Below, one piece after another: positions 1 to 8,059 of a stretch of DNA of 44,245 bases (positions within the stretch are counted from its first letter, which is position 1; each line of letters begins with the position of its first letter). The stretch comes from Candidatus Nanopelagicaceae bacterium. Its GTDB lineage: Bacteria > Actinomycetota > Actinomycetes > Nanopelagicales > Nanopelagicaceae. The stretch spans positions 7,075-51,319 of the forward strand of contig DAIQAR010000004.1 in assembly GCA_036781605.1 (NCBI GenBank). Direction: 5' to 3'. A program made the translations under genes and the position numbers. The notes under the pieces are model-generated. The model did no database searches. It was not told the origin of the DNA and worked only from the letters and a program-made list of their open reading frames with translations.

Positions 1-3
1 TCG

Positions 4-921
4 TCAAAATAGCGCACTCGCAAGTAATTGTCGGGCTTGAATCAACTTGGGATCTTCTGGATCAATAAGGGTGAAAAGTGAAAGTAAATGCTCACGAACC
101 TTCTTGCGATCCTCTCCCGCTGTCTTCTTCACAAGTGAAATCAATCTATTAAAAGATCCGTCTAAATCACCTTGGGATATTTGCACATCTGCTGCAAGTA
201 GCTGGGCTTCAATGTTTTCAGGAGAAGAATCAGCGGATGAGATCGCTGAATTGAAATCCACTCCTTGGATGCGAAGCATGAGATCGACTTGGGCAAGACC
301 TGCTGAGGCAAGAGGATTTCCTGGTGAGCGAAGAAGCCATTGTTTATAGGAGTTTGCTGCTGCCGCAAAGTCTCCTTCTTCAAGAGCGGTTAGAGCTGCC
401 TGCTCTTCTGGTTCTAATTTCTCTTCTATGGGTTGAGCATCTTGGCTACCGCCAGAATTTTCACCTGCCGCCTTGCCGATGCCTCGCTCTAATGCAAGTG
501 CAAGGACTTTATTGATAACCATGCGTAGTTGCTCATCTGTTGGCACAGTTTCAAAGAGCGGTACCAGTTGTTCTTGAATTAAAGCAATTGCTAGCGGCAC
601 AGATTGCACCTGCAGAGCTGTTGCTACCGAAGGCTCTTGATCGACATTGACACTACCTAGTATCCAGCCAGCGCCACCTTCGGCTGCGGAATCTTCTGCA
701 TGCATCTTGCCCAGCGAATCTAGAACTCTCTGCGACTCTGGACTTCTAGGCGACCAACAGATCAGAATGACGACTTGGTTATTTGATTCTGGAATTATTT
801 CTTCCATCAAATTTGTCTGATTAACTGCAATTCCAACATTTGCCACTTGCGGCGCTGGATTCTTCAGTGAACTCAAATCAAAAGCACGCCCAAAGCCTTT
901 TGGAAGCGGAGGCATGCTCAT
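4..921 (-). CDS. Thioredoxin-fold + TPR-like co-chaperone (YbbN/CnoX-like); redox motif degenerate
   Basis: 305-aa ORF. N-terminal thioredoxin-like segment (VVILICWSPRSPESQRV) followed by an Ala/Leu-rich helical TPR-like C-terminal half. AGGAG lies 7-8 nt upstream of the ATG at 921. The start overlaps the stop of the upstream gene (ATGA, 918-921). Confidence 0.75.
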   Translation of the reverse strand: MSMPPLPKGFGRAFDLSSLKNPAPQVANVGIAVNQTNLMEEIIPESNNQVVILICWSPRSPESQRVLDSLGKMHAEDSAAEGGAGWILGSVNVDQEPSVATALQVQSVPLAIALIQEQLVPLFETVPTDEQLRMVINKVLALALERGIGKAAGENSGGSQDAQPIEEKLEPEEQAALTALEEGDFAAAANSYKQWLLRSPGNPLASAGLAQVDLMLRIQGVDFNSAISSADSSPENIEAQLLAADVQISQGDLDGSFNRLISLVKKTAGEDRKKVREHLLSLFTLIDPEDPKLIQARQLLASALF

Positions 922-2135
922 GGCTTGGCTCCTATTCCTGCTCTATGAGGCAATATCGATCGAATGTAATCTTCGGCTGCAAAGCTAAGACCAGGATCTT
1001 TGCCTTGTTGCTCACCTAAATACCAACGGTGTTCCAAGATTTCATGGAACATCTGTGCGGGTTCAACTAAGCCTCGCAGCTCAGTTGGAATCATATTCAT
1101 TACGCGCTGATAAGTCTCACTCATCCAGCGTCGAGCGCTATCTTGGATAGGAGGAAGAGGTTTCTTCTCACGACCCCTGAATCTGTCAAAAGATGCAAGC
1201 AATCTTTTTGCTTGTAACTCTTCGGCATGAATACCCATAAGTTCCCATAAACGATTCTGGTGGTAACCGGCAGCAACAAGTTTAGGCGTGAACTTAAGAG
1301 CGCCCTTTTCACCATCAAGTGTTACCTCGACCTCTTCAACTGCAAAGCCAAGATCTTGTACAGCGCGCATAGCCTTTTCAACAGCGTGACGGTCAGTTGG
1401 ATCTAATATCTGTGGCTCCTTAAGCATCGCCCACAAACGTCTATAGCGCTTAATAACTGCTTCGGCAGCTTTGATAGGATCCATTCCTGGATGCAAAACA
1501 CCAGAGGCTGCAAGATCTTCTAGCTCTGCGGCAACATTAAATTGCGCAATTTCAAGATCATGTTCGCGCTGACCATTGCTCAGTTGAGTTTGAAATTCAC
1601 CTGTTTCAGCATCTACTAAATATGCAGCATACTCATTTGCATCTCTGCGAAACAAAGTATTAGATAACGAGCAATCGCCCCACCAAAAACCAAGCAGATG
1701 CAATCTAACAAGTAGTAATGCCAGGCCATTTGCCATAGTTGTAATTTCATGTGGAGTTGGATTACTACTCATGATCACTCGGTATGGAAGTGAGTAAGGC
1801 AAATAGCGAGTAACCAAAGCACATGGAAGTGGTTCCCCGCGCTTTGACAACCTGTCTTCCACAATCGCAACGGGTTCAACGCAGGGCGCGCTTTTGTTAT
1901 TGAGTTCTCGCAAGATTGCATATTCTTTTTGAGCAAATTCTGGGACTGTCTCTTTGACCGCAAATACTTCACGCTCCCCCGGACCTGTTCGAACAAGGCG
2001 GACAATGTGGCGTGAGATGCCGCGCATCGAAGCTAAGCCTTCTTCTTCAGGCCAATCTTCAACTGGCTTGCGCCAGGACAGGTTGGAAAGCGTCACCATA
2101 TCTTCACTTAACCCAGTGATTCTAAGTTCGCCCAC
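918..2135 (-). CDS. DUF4032 domain protein with Kdo/WaaP-like (RIO-like) kinase fold
   Basis: Kinase-like core (FAVKET..., WWGDCSLSNTLFRRD, YLVDAETGE) plus a C-terminal DUF4032-like segment (HRWYLGEQQGKD). The longest ORF starts at GTG 2189. I prefer GTG 2135 because GGGAAAG lies 8 nt upstream and this start avoids overlap with the divergent gene. The start is uncertain. Confidence 0.7.
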   Translation of the reverse strand: MGELRITGLSEDMVTLSNLSWRKPVEDWPEEEGLASMRGISRHIVRLVRTGPGEREVFAVKETVPEFAQKEYAILRELNNKSAPCVEPVAIVEDRLSKRGEPLPCALVTRYLPYSLPYRVIMSSNPTPHEITTMANGLALLLVRLHLLGFWWGDCSLSNTLFRRDANEYAAYLVDAETGEFQTQLSNGQREHDLEIAQFNVAAELEDLAASGVLHPGMDPIKAAEAVIKRYRRLWAMLKEPQILDPTDRHAVEKAMRAVQDLGFAVEEVEVTLDGEKGALKFTPKLVAAGYHQNRLWELMGIHAEELQAKRLLASFDRFRGREKKPLPPIQDSARRWMSETYQRVMNMIPTELRGLVEPAQMFHEILEHRWYLGEQQGKDPGLSFAAEDYIRSILPHRAGIGAKP

Positions 2136-2150
2136 GGGGCTATCTTTCCC

Positions 2151-2156
2151 TATTAT
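2151..2156 (+). promoter_or_regulatory. Candidate -10 hexamer TATTAT, 6 nt upstream of the ATG at 2163 (leaderless-type arrangement)
   Basis: TATTAT-caagca-ATG with no Shine-Dalgarno. This fits the actinobacterial TAnnnT -10, with the transcription start expected at or near the A of the ATG. Confidence 0.4.
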
Positions 2157-2162
2157 CAAGCA

Positions 2163-3293
2163 ATGGCACTCAAGAAACCCAGCATCCACTTCGGTTCTAA
2201 GTCACGTTCTAAGCAAACACCTGCTCCCAAAGATCTTGGTCAACAAGGCGTGCCACTAGATCGTGGGCATCCTTTTTACTTTGGATTTCTTGCCGCTACT
2301 GGAGCTGTAATCGCGATCACTCTCATGCGCGCACTGGCAAACGCCAGCCAAGTCTTTGTCCTCATCATCATCTCCCTTTTCTTTGCGGCGGGCTTAAATC
2401 CAGCAGTTGAATTCTTTCAACGCAGGGGTCTCAAGCGCACTGGCGCTGTTGCTTGTGTTGTTGGCATAGTTCTTGCATTCGTCGGGGTTTTCTCAGCAGT
2501 CGTTATCCCCCCGGTAATTCATCAACTCAATCTACTTCTCAAAGATGCACCGAGCCTTATTGCCAATTTAAAGAATAACTCGACTCTTGAAAGCTTAAAT
2601 GTTAAATACGGCATCATCGACACCATTCAAAAGAAGGTAAATGCGGGAGTTCATGATGGCCAATTTGTAGTTGGTGCATTTGGAGGAGTTATCGGGGTCG
2701 GTAAAGCAGTTTTATCTGGAGCAATCTCAACTCTTACAATCCTTATTTTGACTCTTTATTTCCTCGCCTCCCTTCCATCTGTAACTAGCGCTGCCTATCG
2801 ATTTGTTCCTCTTTCACGCCGGGACCGCGTGAGCAGAATTAGCGACGCAATTATTAAGCGAGTGGGCGCCTTCGTAAGCGGCCAGGCTTCAGTGGCGGTT
2901 ATTGCAGGAGTATTTGCACTTCTCCTTTCTCTCGTACTTCGACTGCCGTATGCATCTGCAATTAGCATGCTCGTGTTTCTCTGTGGACTTATTCCACTAA
3001 TCGGCCACATACTGGGGTGTACCGCTTTCACCATCGTGGCTTTAACAAAATCACCCACTGATGCCATCATCGTTTTTGTGTGTTACGTCATATACATACA
3101 ACTCGAGAATTACTTTATTTTGCCACGCATTATGCGTCGCTCACTTTCAATGCCTGGCCTGGTCACTATCATTGCGGCATTGGTGGGCGTGAGTTTGCTT
3201 GGAGTAGTTGGGGGGCTTCTAGCGGTACCAATTGCCGCAGCTATACTTTTAATCGTTGACGAAGTTGTATTTCCTAAGGCCGAAAGGGGCTAA
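2163..3293 (+). CDS. AI-2E family transporter (PerM/UPF0118)
   Basis: 376-aa polytopic membrane protein with typical AI-2E organisation and conserved C-terminal segments (LIPLIGHILG, ENYFILPRIM, GVVGGLLAVPIAA). Confidence 0.85.
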   Translation: MALKKPSIHFGSKSRSKQTPAPKDLGQQGVPLDRGHPFYFGFLAATGAVIAITLMRALANASQVFVLIIISLFFAAGLNPAVEFFQRRGLKRTGAVACVVGIVLAFVGVFSAVVIPPVIHQLNLLLKDAPSLIANLKNNSTLESLNVKYGIIDTIQKKVNAGVHDGQFVVGAFGGVIGVGKAVLSGAISTLTILILTLYFLASLPSVTSAAYRFVPLSRRDRVSRISDAIIKRVGAFVSGQASVAVIAGVFALLLSLVLRLPYASAISMLVFLCGLIPLIGHILGCTAFTIVALTKSPTDAIIVFVCYVIYIQLENYFILPRIMRRSLSMPGLVTIIAALVGVSLLGVVGGLLAVPIAAAILLIVDEVVFPKAERG

Positions 3294-3294
3294 C

Positions 3295-5463
3295 TTGTCT
3301 AAGGCAACAAAAAGCAAGGCACCACATCGCAAGCCACTATTCATCGCAATCGGATTAACGGTTGTATGGCTAGGTATTTCAAGTGTGACAGGACCTCTCT
3401 TCGGAAACCTCTCAACAGTACAAAAAAACGACAACTCAAAATTCCTGCCTTCCGCTTCCGAAACAGAGAAATTTAATGTAGCCGCTAAGGCATTTTCCTC
3501 TGGTTCAAACAACTCATTTCCTGAGCTCGTCCTATTCGTTGGCAAGGCAGATCCTGCTGCAATCGCCTCCGCAAATGCATTTCTTCAAACGCTTCCTTCA
3601 AAGCCACTTGTTGATATTGATGGCAAGGCCATACCACTCGTTGATAAAACAATTGGTGACTTTTTAGATACCTCTGCGCCTTTGGTGGCATTTCCATCTA
3701 AAAATGCTGATGCGATTTTGGCCAGCATTCCGTATAGCTCTGGAAAATCAGACACAGTCCTACCCAATAAGAAGCCGGCCCTGCCTGTCTTTACCTCATC
3801 TATTCGCTATTACTCGGCTCAATACGCAACAACACATGGATTCCAAGCCCACGTCACTGGTATCGCAGCAATTCTCTCTGATCTATTTGGAGCATTTGGC
3901 TCTCTCGACTCCAGTCTGCTTCTGACAACTGGCCTTGTTGTGGCGATCATCTTGATTGTTGTCTACCGATCACCCTTCTTGTGGATTCTTCCTTTGTTCT
4001 CAGCAGGTATCGCTCTCACATTTGCAGGATCAGTTATCTACGAATTAGCAAAGCACAACATCATCACCCTTGATGGGCAATCGCAGGGAATTCTCTCAGT
4101 GCTCGTTCTCGGAGGAGCGACGGACTATGCCCTCTTACTTATTGCGCGCTATAGAGAAGAACTCCATCATGTTGAATCTAGGTTTGAAGCAATGCAGAAT
4201 GCTCTGCGCGGAGTTGTTGAGCCAATTGTTGCCTCTGGATCTACCGTTGCAGTTAGCTTAATTCTGCTTCTGCTTGCAAGCCTTTCAAACAACCGCGGCC
4301 TTGGACCGGTTGGAGCTATTGGAATCTTGTGCGCCGTAATCACAATTCTCACCCTGCTTCCAGCAGTGCTTGTTCTCTTTGGTCGTTGGATCTTTTGGCC
4401 ACGTATTCCAAAATTTGGCAGTGAAGATGAGAAACTCAAAGGAGTATGGGCAAAGCTTGCAAATGCAACAGCTAAAAAGCCTCGCACCTATTGGGTAGCA
4501 ACAGGACTCGTACTTCTGATTTTTGCTGCATTTGCATCGACGCTGCATGCCGGTGGAATTTCTACCTCCCAGTCCTTTACAAAGACTCCCGACTCAGTGA
4601 AGTCACAAGATGTTCTCTTGAAGTACTTCTCTGGCGGTCAAGGGCAACCAACTCAAATTTGGACTACCTCTTCTAATGCAGCTGCAATGACTGCGAAGTT
4701 ATCAAGCACTCCTGGCATCACATCAGTTATTCCTGATGGTGTTCAAGCCCCTGGAGGAGCGCCAAAAGTTGTAGATGGCCACGTGATCCTCAACGCGACT
4801 TTGGTCGCGACAGCTGATTCGAATGAAGCAATAAAGATGATTCCTGCTATTCGAAGCGCCGCACATTCGATTGATCCACAATCTCTTGTTGGAGGAACCT
4901 CTGCTGTCTTTTATGACTCACACCAGGCTGCAGCACGTGATCAGCGTGTGATCATTCCAGTTGTGCTCATTGTGATTGCAATCATTTTGGGACTATTACT
5001 TCGAAGTGTTCTCGCATCGCTGATGCTTCTTCTGACGGTTGTGCTCTCATACTTTGCAACGCTGGGAGCTTGCGCACTGGTCTTCCATCACATCTTCCAC
5101 TTTGCAGGCGAAGATTCGGGCTTCCCTCTCTTTGCTTTCATCTTCTTGGTAGCCCTGGGCATTGACTACAACATCTTCTTGATGACTCGTGTTCGTGAGG
5201 AATCGATGCAGATTGGAACGCGAGCAGGAATGATCAAAGGAGTGACAGTTACTGGCGGGGTAATTACTTCGGCAGGAATTGTCCTTGCTGCAACATTTAC
5301 CGTGCTTGGAATCTTGCCTATTGTCTTCTTGGCTGAAATCGGATTCTCGGTTGCATTTGGAGTATTGCTTGACACATTTATCGTTCGTTCGATTCTTGTT
5401 CCAGCTTTAGTTCAGAGCATCGGACCAAAGATCTGGTGGCCTTCAAAACTACAGAAGAGTTAA
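3295..5463 (+). CDS. MMPL/RND-superfamily transporter (paralog 1)
   Basis: About 720 aa with two 6-TM bundles and MMPL hallmarks (GGATDYALLLIARYREEL; ALGIDYNIFLMTRVREE). I place the start at TTG 3295 because GAAAGGGG (3282-3289) lies 5 nt upstream and it is 1 nt after the AI-2E stop. The ORF track's TTG at 3256 would overlap the upstream gene. Confidence 0.85.
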   Translation: MSKATKSKAPHRKPLFIAIGLTVVWLGISSVTGPLFGNLSTVQKNDNSKFLPSASETEKFNVAAKAFSSGSNNSFPELVLFVGKADPAAIASANAFLQTLPSKPLVDIDGKAIPLVDKTIGDFLDTSAPLVAFPSKNADAILASIPYSSGKSDTVLPNKKPALPVFTSSIRYYSAQYATTHGFQAHVTGIAAILSDLFGAFGSLDSSLLLTTGLVVAIILIVVYRSPFLWILPLFSAGIALTFAGSVIYELAKHNIITLDGQSQGILSVLVLGGATDYALLLIARYREELHHVESRFEAMQNALRGVVEPIVASGSTVAVSLILLLLASLSNNRGLGPVGAIGILCAVITILTLLPAVLVLFGRWIFWPRIPKFGSEDEKLKGVWAKLANATAKKPRTYWVATGLVLLIFAAFASTLHAGGISTSQSFTKTPDSVKSQDVLLKYFSGGQGQPTQIWTTSSNAAAMTAKLSSTPGITSVIPDGVQAPGGAPKVVDGHVILNATLVATADSNEAIKMIPAIRSAAHSIDPQSLVGGTSAVFYDSHQAAARDQRVIIPVVLIVIAIILGLLLRSVLASLMLLLTVVLSYFATLGACALVFHHIFHFAGEDSGFPLFAFIFLVALGIDYNIFLMTRVREESMQIGTRAGMIKGVTVTGGVITSAGIVLAATFTVLGILPIVFLAEIGFSVAFGVLLDTFIVRSILVPALVQSIGPKIWWPSKLQKS

Positions 5464-6170
5464 ATCTCTGTAGGTAAAGGCAATCTGCTTGGGGCGATAA
5501 TCTTTGTGATTTCACTCAAGATTAGGTGAACAAAGGGTTCTCCTACCCATAAGTGTTTAGCGCCATCAACTGGAATCAAATTCAGGCGAGAGAAACTTTT
5601 GAATCTCTCCTTCGCCTGTTCCGGATTTAGATACTCATCATGTTCAGGAATATATGCGGTGACTGGGCGTGAATCTTTCTGCCAGAAATCTAAATCTTCT
5701 TGCCCTGTTCGCTGCAGAGGTGGACTCAGCAAAATTAACCCAGCAACCCGGCTATCTTTTGCATATCGAAGAGCTAGATCAGTTCCAAATGACCACCCTG
5801 TAATCCAAAGCTTTTCAACTTTGAGTACATCAAAACAATAATTTATTGCAGCCTCAACATCTAACTTTTCTCTCTCTCCGTTATCAAATACGCCTTCTGA
5901 TGTTCCTGCTTCACTTGTTGTTCCGCGGGTATTGAAACGAATCACTTCGATGCCAGCCATTGATGGCAATCTGTTTGCGGCCTTCTTATAGATATGACTA
6001 TCCATCATTCCCCCACCACTTGGGTTGGGGTGCAAGCAGAGTAGCGATGCCTGGCGCTCACCTTCTGGGCTGGCCACTTCCCCGATCAATTTCAGGGAAT
6101 CAGCCGTGGTAAACGTGATTGCCCTGCGATTGGCCGGAAGAATTGTGCTTGGCCTTATTAACTCTGACAC
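5460..6170 (-). CDS. Alpha/beta-fold hydrolase
   Basis: 236 aa with nucleophile elbow GWSFG and downstream Asp/His candidates (PEHDEY, DGAKHLW). GTG start at 6170. Confidence 0.7.
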   Translation of the reverse strand: MSELIRPSTILPANRRAITFTTADSLKLIGEVASPEGERQASLLCLHPNPSGGGMMDSHIYKKAANRLPSMAGIEVIRFNTRGTTSEAGTSEGVFDNGEREKLDVEAAINYCFDVLKVEKLWITGWSFGTDLALRYAKDSRVAGLILLSPPLQRTGQEDLDFWQKDSRPVTAYIPEHDEYLNPEQAKERFKSFSRLNLIPVDGAKHLWVGEPFVHLILSEITKIIAPSRLPLPTEI

Positions 6171-6176
6171 GAAATA

Positions 6177-6182
6177 AGTTTA
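6177..6182 (-). promoter_or_regulatory. Candidate -10 hexamer TAAACT, 6 nt upstream of the GTG at 6170 (leaderless-type)
   Basis: Minus strand reads TAAACT-tatttc-GTG with no SD. Overlaps the plus-strand hexamer at 6181-6186. Confidence 0.4.
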
Positions 6183-6186
6183 GTCT
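6181..6186 (+). promoter_or_regulatory. Candidate -10 hexamer TAGTCT, 6 nt upstream of the ATG at 6193 (leaderless-type)
   Basis: TAGTCT-taccct-ATG with no SD. The whole divergent intergenic region is only 22 bp. Confidence 0.4.
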
Positions 6187-6192
6187 TACCCT

Positions 6193-7647
6193 ATGACTCC
6201 TACAGACACATTGATTAGCTACTCACCTGCCACTGGAGAAGAAGTAGGCAGATATCCAGATAGCAGCGCAGAGGTCGTCAACGACCTCGTTGCTAGAGCC
6301 CGCGCTGGATCACTTGCTTGGCGCGCTCTTGGCTTTAAGGGTCGAAAGGTAATTCTTAAAAAGTGGGCAGCGCTCATGGCATCTCGAATTGATGAACTTG
6401 CTCAGATCGTGATGGATGAGACAGGTAAGCCAAAGAGTGATGCAACTCTTGAAGTGACTCTCGCTATTGGGCATCTTGCATGGGCAGCAGATCATGCTTC
6501 ACGATTCCTTCGTACAAGTAACCGCGCGCCAGGAATCATCATGGCGAATATGTCAGCGAAGGTTCACTATGTTCCATATGGTGTTGTCGGAGTAATCGGA
6601 CCTTGGAACTACCCTGTCTATACGCCTATGGGATCAATTGCCTATTCTCTAGCTGCAGGTAATTCGGTTGTATTCAAGCCAAGTGAATTCACTCCCGGAG
6701 TTGGATTCTGGCTCGGTGAAACATTTAATGAAGTAGCAAAAGAAGCCAATGTATTTTTCGTTGTTACAGGTGGTCCTGCAACAGGTGTTGCTCTCACACA
6801 AAGCGCGGTAGATAAGGTTGCCTTCACAGGATCAACTAGAACTGCGAAGAAAGTTGCAGCAAGTTGTGCTGAGCGTATGGTGCCAGTTGTCCTTGAGTGC
6901 GGCGGATCAGATGCAGCCATTATCGATGTTGACGCAGATATTGCAGCAGCCGCAGACGCAGTTCTATGGGGCGCAATGTCTAACTCTGGGCAGACCTGCA
7001 TCGGCACCGAGCGTGTATATGTGATGAATAGTGTGGCTGATAAATTTATTGCTGAAATCAAAAAGGGCGCTGAAAAGATTAAGCCGGGCCGAGAATACGG
7101 CGCAATCACAATGCCATCGCAACTCAAAGTAATCGATAGCCATATCCGTGATGCGGCAAGTAGGGGCGCAGAGTTTATTGTTGGAAGCGTTGATTCAGTT
7201 CAGGCTCCATATGTGAACCCCACAATCATGGTAAACGTCCCAGAAGATTCAATAGCTGTTGCAGAGGAAACATTCGGACCAACTCTTGTGATTAACAGAG
7301 TCAGTGATATTGATGAGGCGATCCGTCTATCCAACGGAGTGAAATATGGTCTTGCAGCATCAGTCTGGTCAAAGAAAAATGCTGACTACATCACCTCTCA
7401 ACTTCAATGTGGAATGGTCTCAGTGAACTCTGTGATTGCTTATGCCGGTATCGCAACACTCCCATTTGGAGGAGTTAAAGAGAGCGGATATGGACGTATC
7501 CATGGACGAGAAGGACTTCGAGAATTTACCTATCTTCGCTCAGTGGCGAAGAAGCGTTTTAGTATCCCTCTTGCGACGATGTCTTTCACTCGAAAAGCAT
7601 CCACCGATGCCTTGATCAAAAAGCTTGCTGAACTTCGCAACCGCTAA
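6193..7647 (+). CDS. NAD(P)-dependent aldehyde dehydrogenase family protein
   Basis: 484 aa with ALDH motifs: FTGST, LECGGSDA (catalytic Glu region), GQTCIGTERVYV (catalytic Cys) and EETFGP. Confidence 0.9.
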   Translation: MTPTDTLISYSPATGEEVGRYPDSSAEVVNDLVARARAGSLAWRALGFKGRKVILKKWAALMASRIDELAQIVMDETGKPKSDATLEVTLAIGHLAWAADHASRFLRTSNRAPGIIMANMSAKVHYVPYGVVGVIGPWNYPVYTPMGSIAYSLAAGNSVVFKPSEFTPGVGFWLGETFNEVAKEANVFFVVTGGPATGVALTQSAVDKVAFTGSTRTAKKVAASCAERMVPVVLECGGSDAAIIDVDADIAAAADAVLWGAMSNSGQTCIGTERVYVMNSVADKFIAEIKKGAEKIKPGREYGAITMPSQLKVIDSHIRDAASRGAEFIVGSVDSVQAPYVNPTIMVNVPEDSIAVAEETFGPTLVINRVSDIDEAIRLSNGVKYGLAASVWSKKNADYITSQLQCGMVSVNSVIAYAGIATLPFGGVKESGYGRIHGREGLREFTYLRSVAKKRFSIPLATMSFTRKASTDALIKKLAELRNR

Positions 7648-7657
7648 ATTCACTTTC

Positions 7658-7969
7658 TTAGTATTTAGGAGCGTTACGAGAACGTAATGTCTTTGGTTTG
7701 CGCTGATCTTTCTTCTGCCAGCATGCGCTATGCCAATGCCTGCGGTTATCAAGATCATCATCAATCCAAGCAACAATATGTGGTGTTGCTGTTGGAATTA
7801 ATTGATCGCACCCTGGGCATCTATAAGGTTTTGTAGAACTAGAACCTGTAACTTTTCTGACGGTATACATACCTTCAATATGTTCTTCGACAGTTTCAAA
7901 TGAATGTGAGATATCGCGATCAGGCTCTTTCGGGCCTTTACCTTTAGGGTGATTTCTGCGCGGGCTCAC
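7658..7969 (-). CDS. Small conserved actinobacterial Cys/His (zinc-ribbon-like) basic protein of unknown function
   Basis: 103 aa with basic termini. Central YRCPGCDQ...PHIVAW...RRHWHSACW motif, which I recall is often annotated 'ATP/GTP-binding protein' in Streptomyces. GTG start. Confidence 0.6.
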   Translation of the reverse strand: MSPRRNHPKGKGPKEPDRDISHSFETVEEHIEGMYTVRKVTGSSSTKPYRCPGCDQLIPTATPHIVAWIDDDLDNRRHWHSACWQKKDQRKPKTLRSRNAPKY

Positions 7970-8059
7970 CCCTCTATTCTTTCCTATTCACAGCAAATTC
8001 GCTGCCTCATAGCGAGATGAAATTAGCGCGTTGCTAGACAAATACGGCAAGATACGAAC

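Noticed and set aside
3256-3294. Upstream TTG start for the first MMPL gene, with similar over-long ORF-track starts for azlC (39863) and azlD (40540).
   Set aside because: These starts would overlap the upstream genes by 38-90 nt. Downstream starts coincide with an SD (3295) or with stop/start coupling (40627), and they give N-termini typical of the families.
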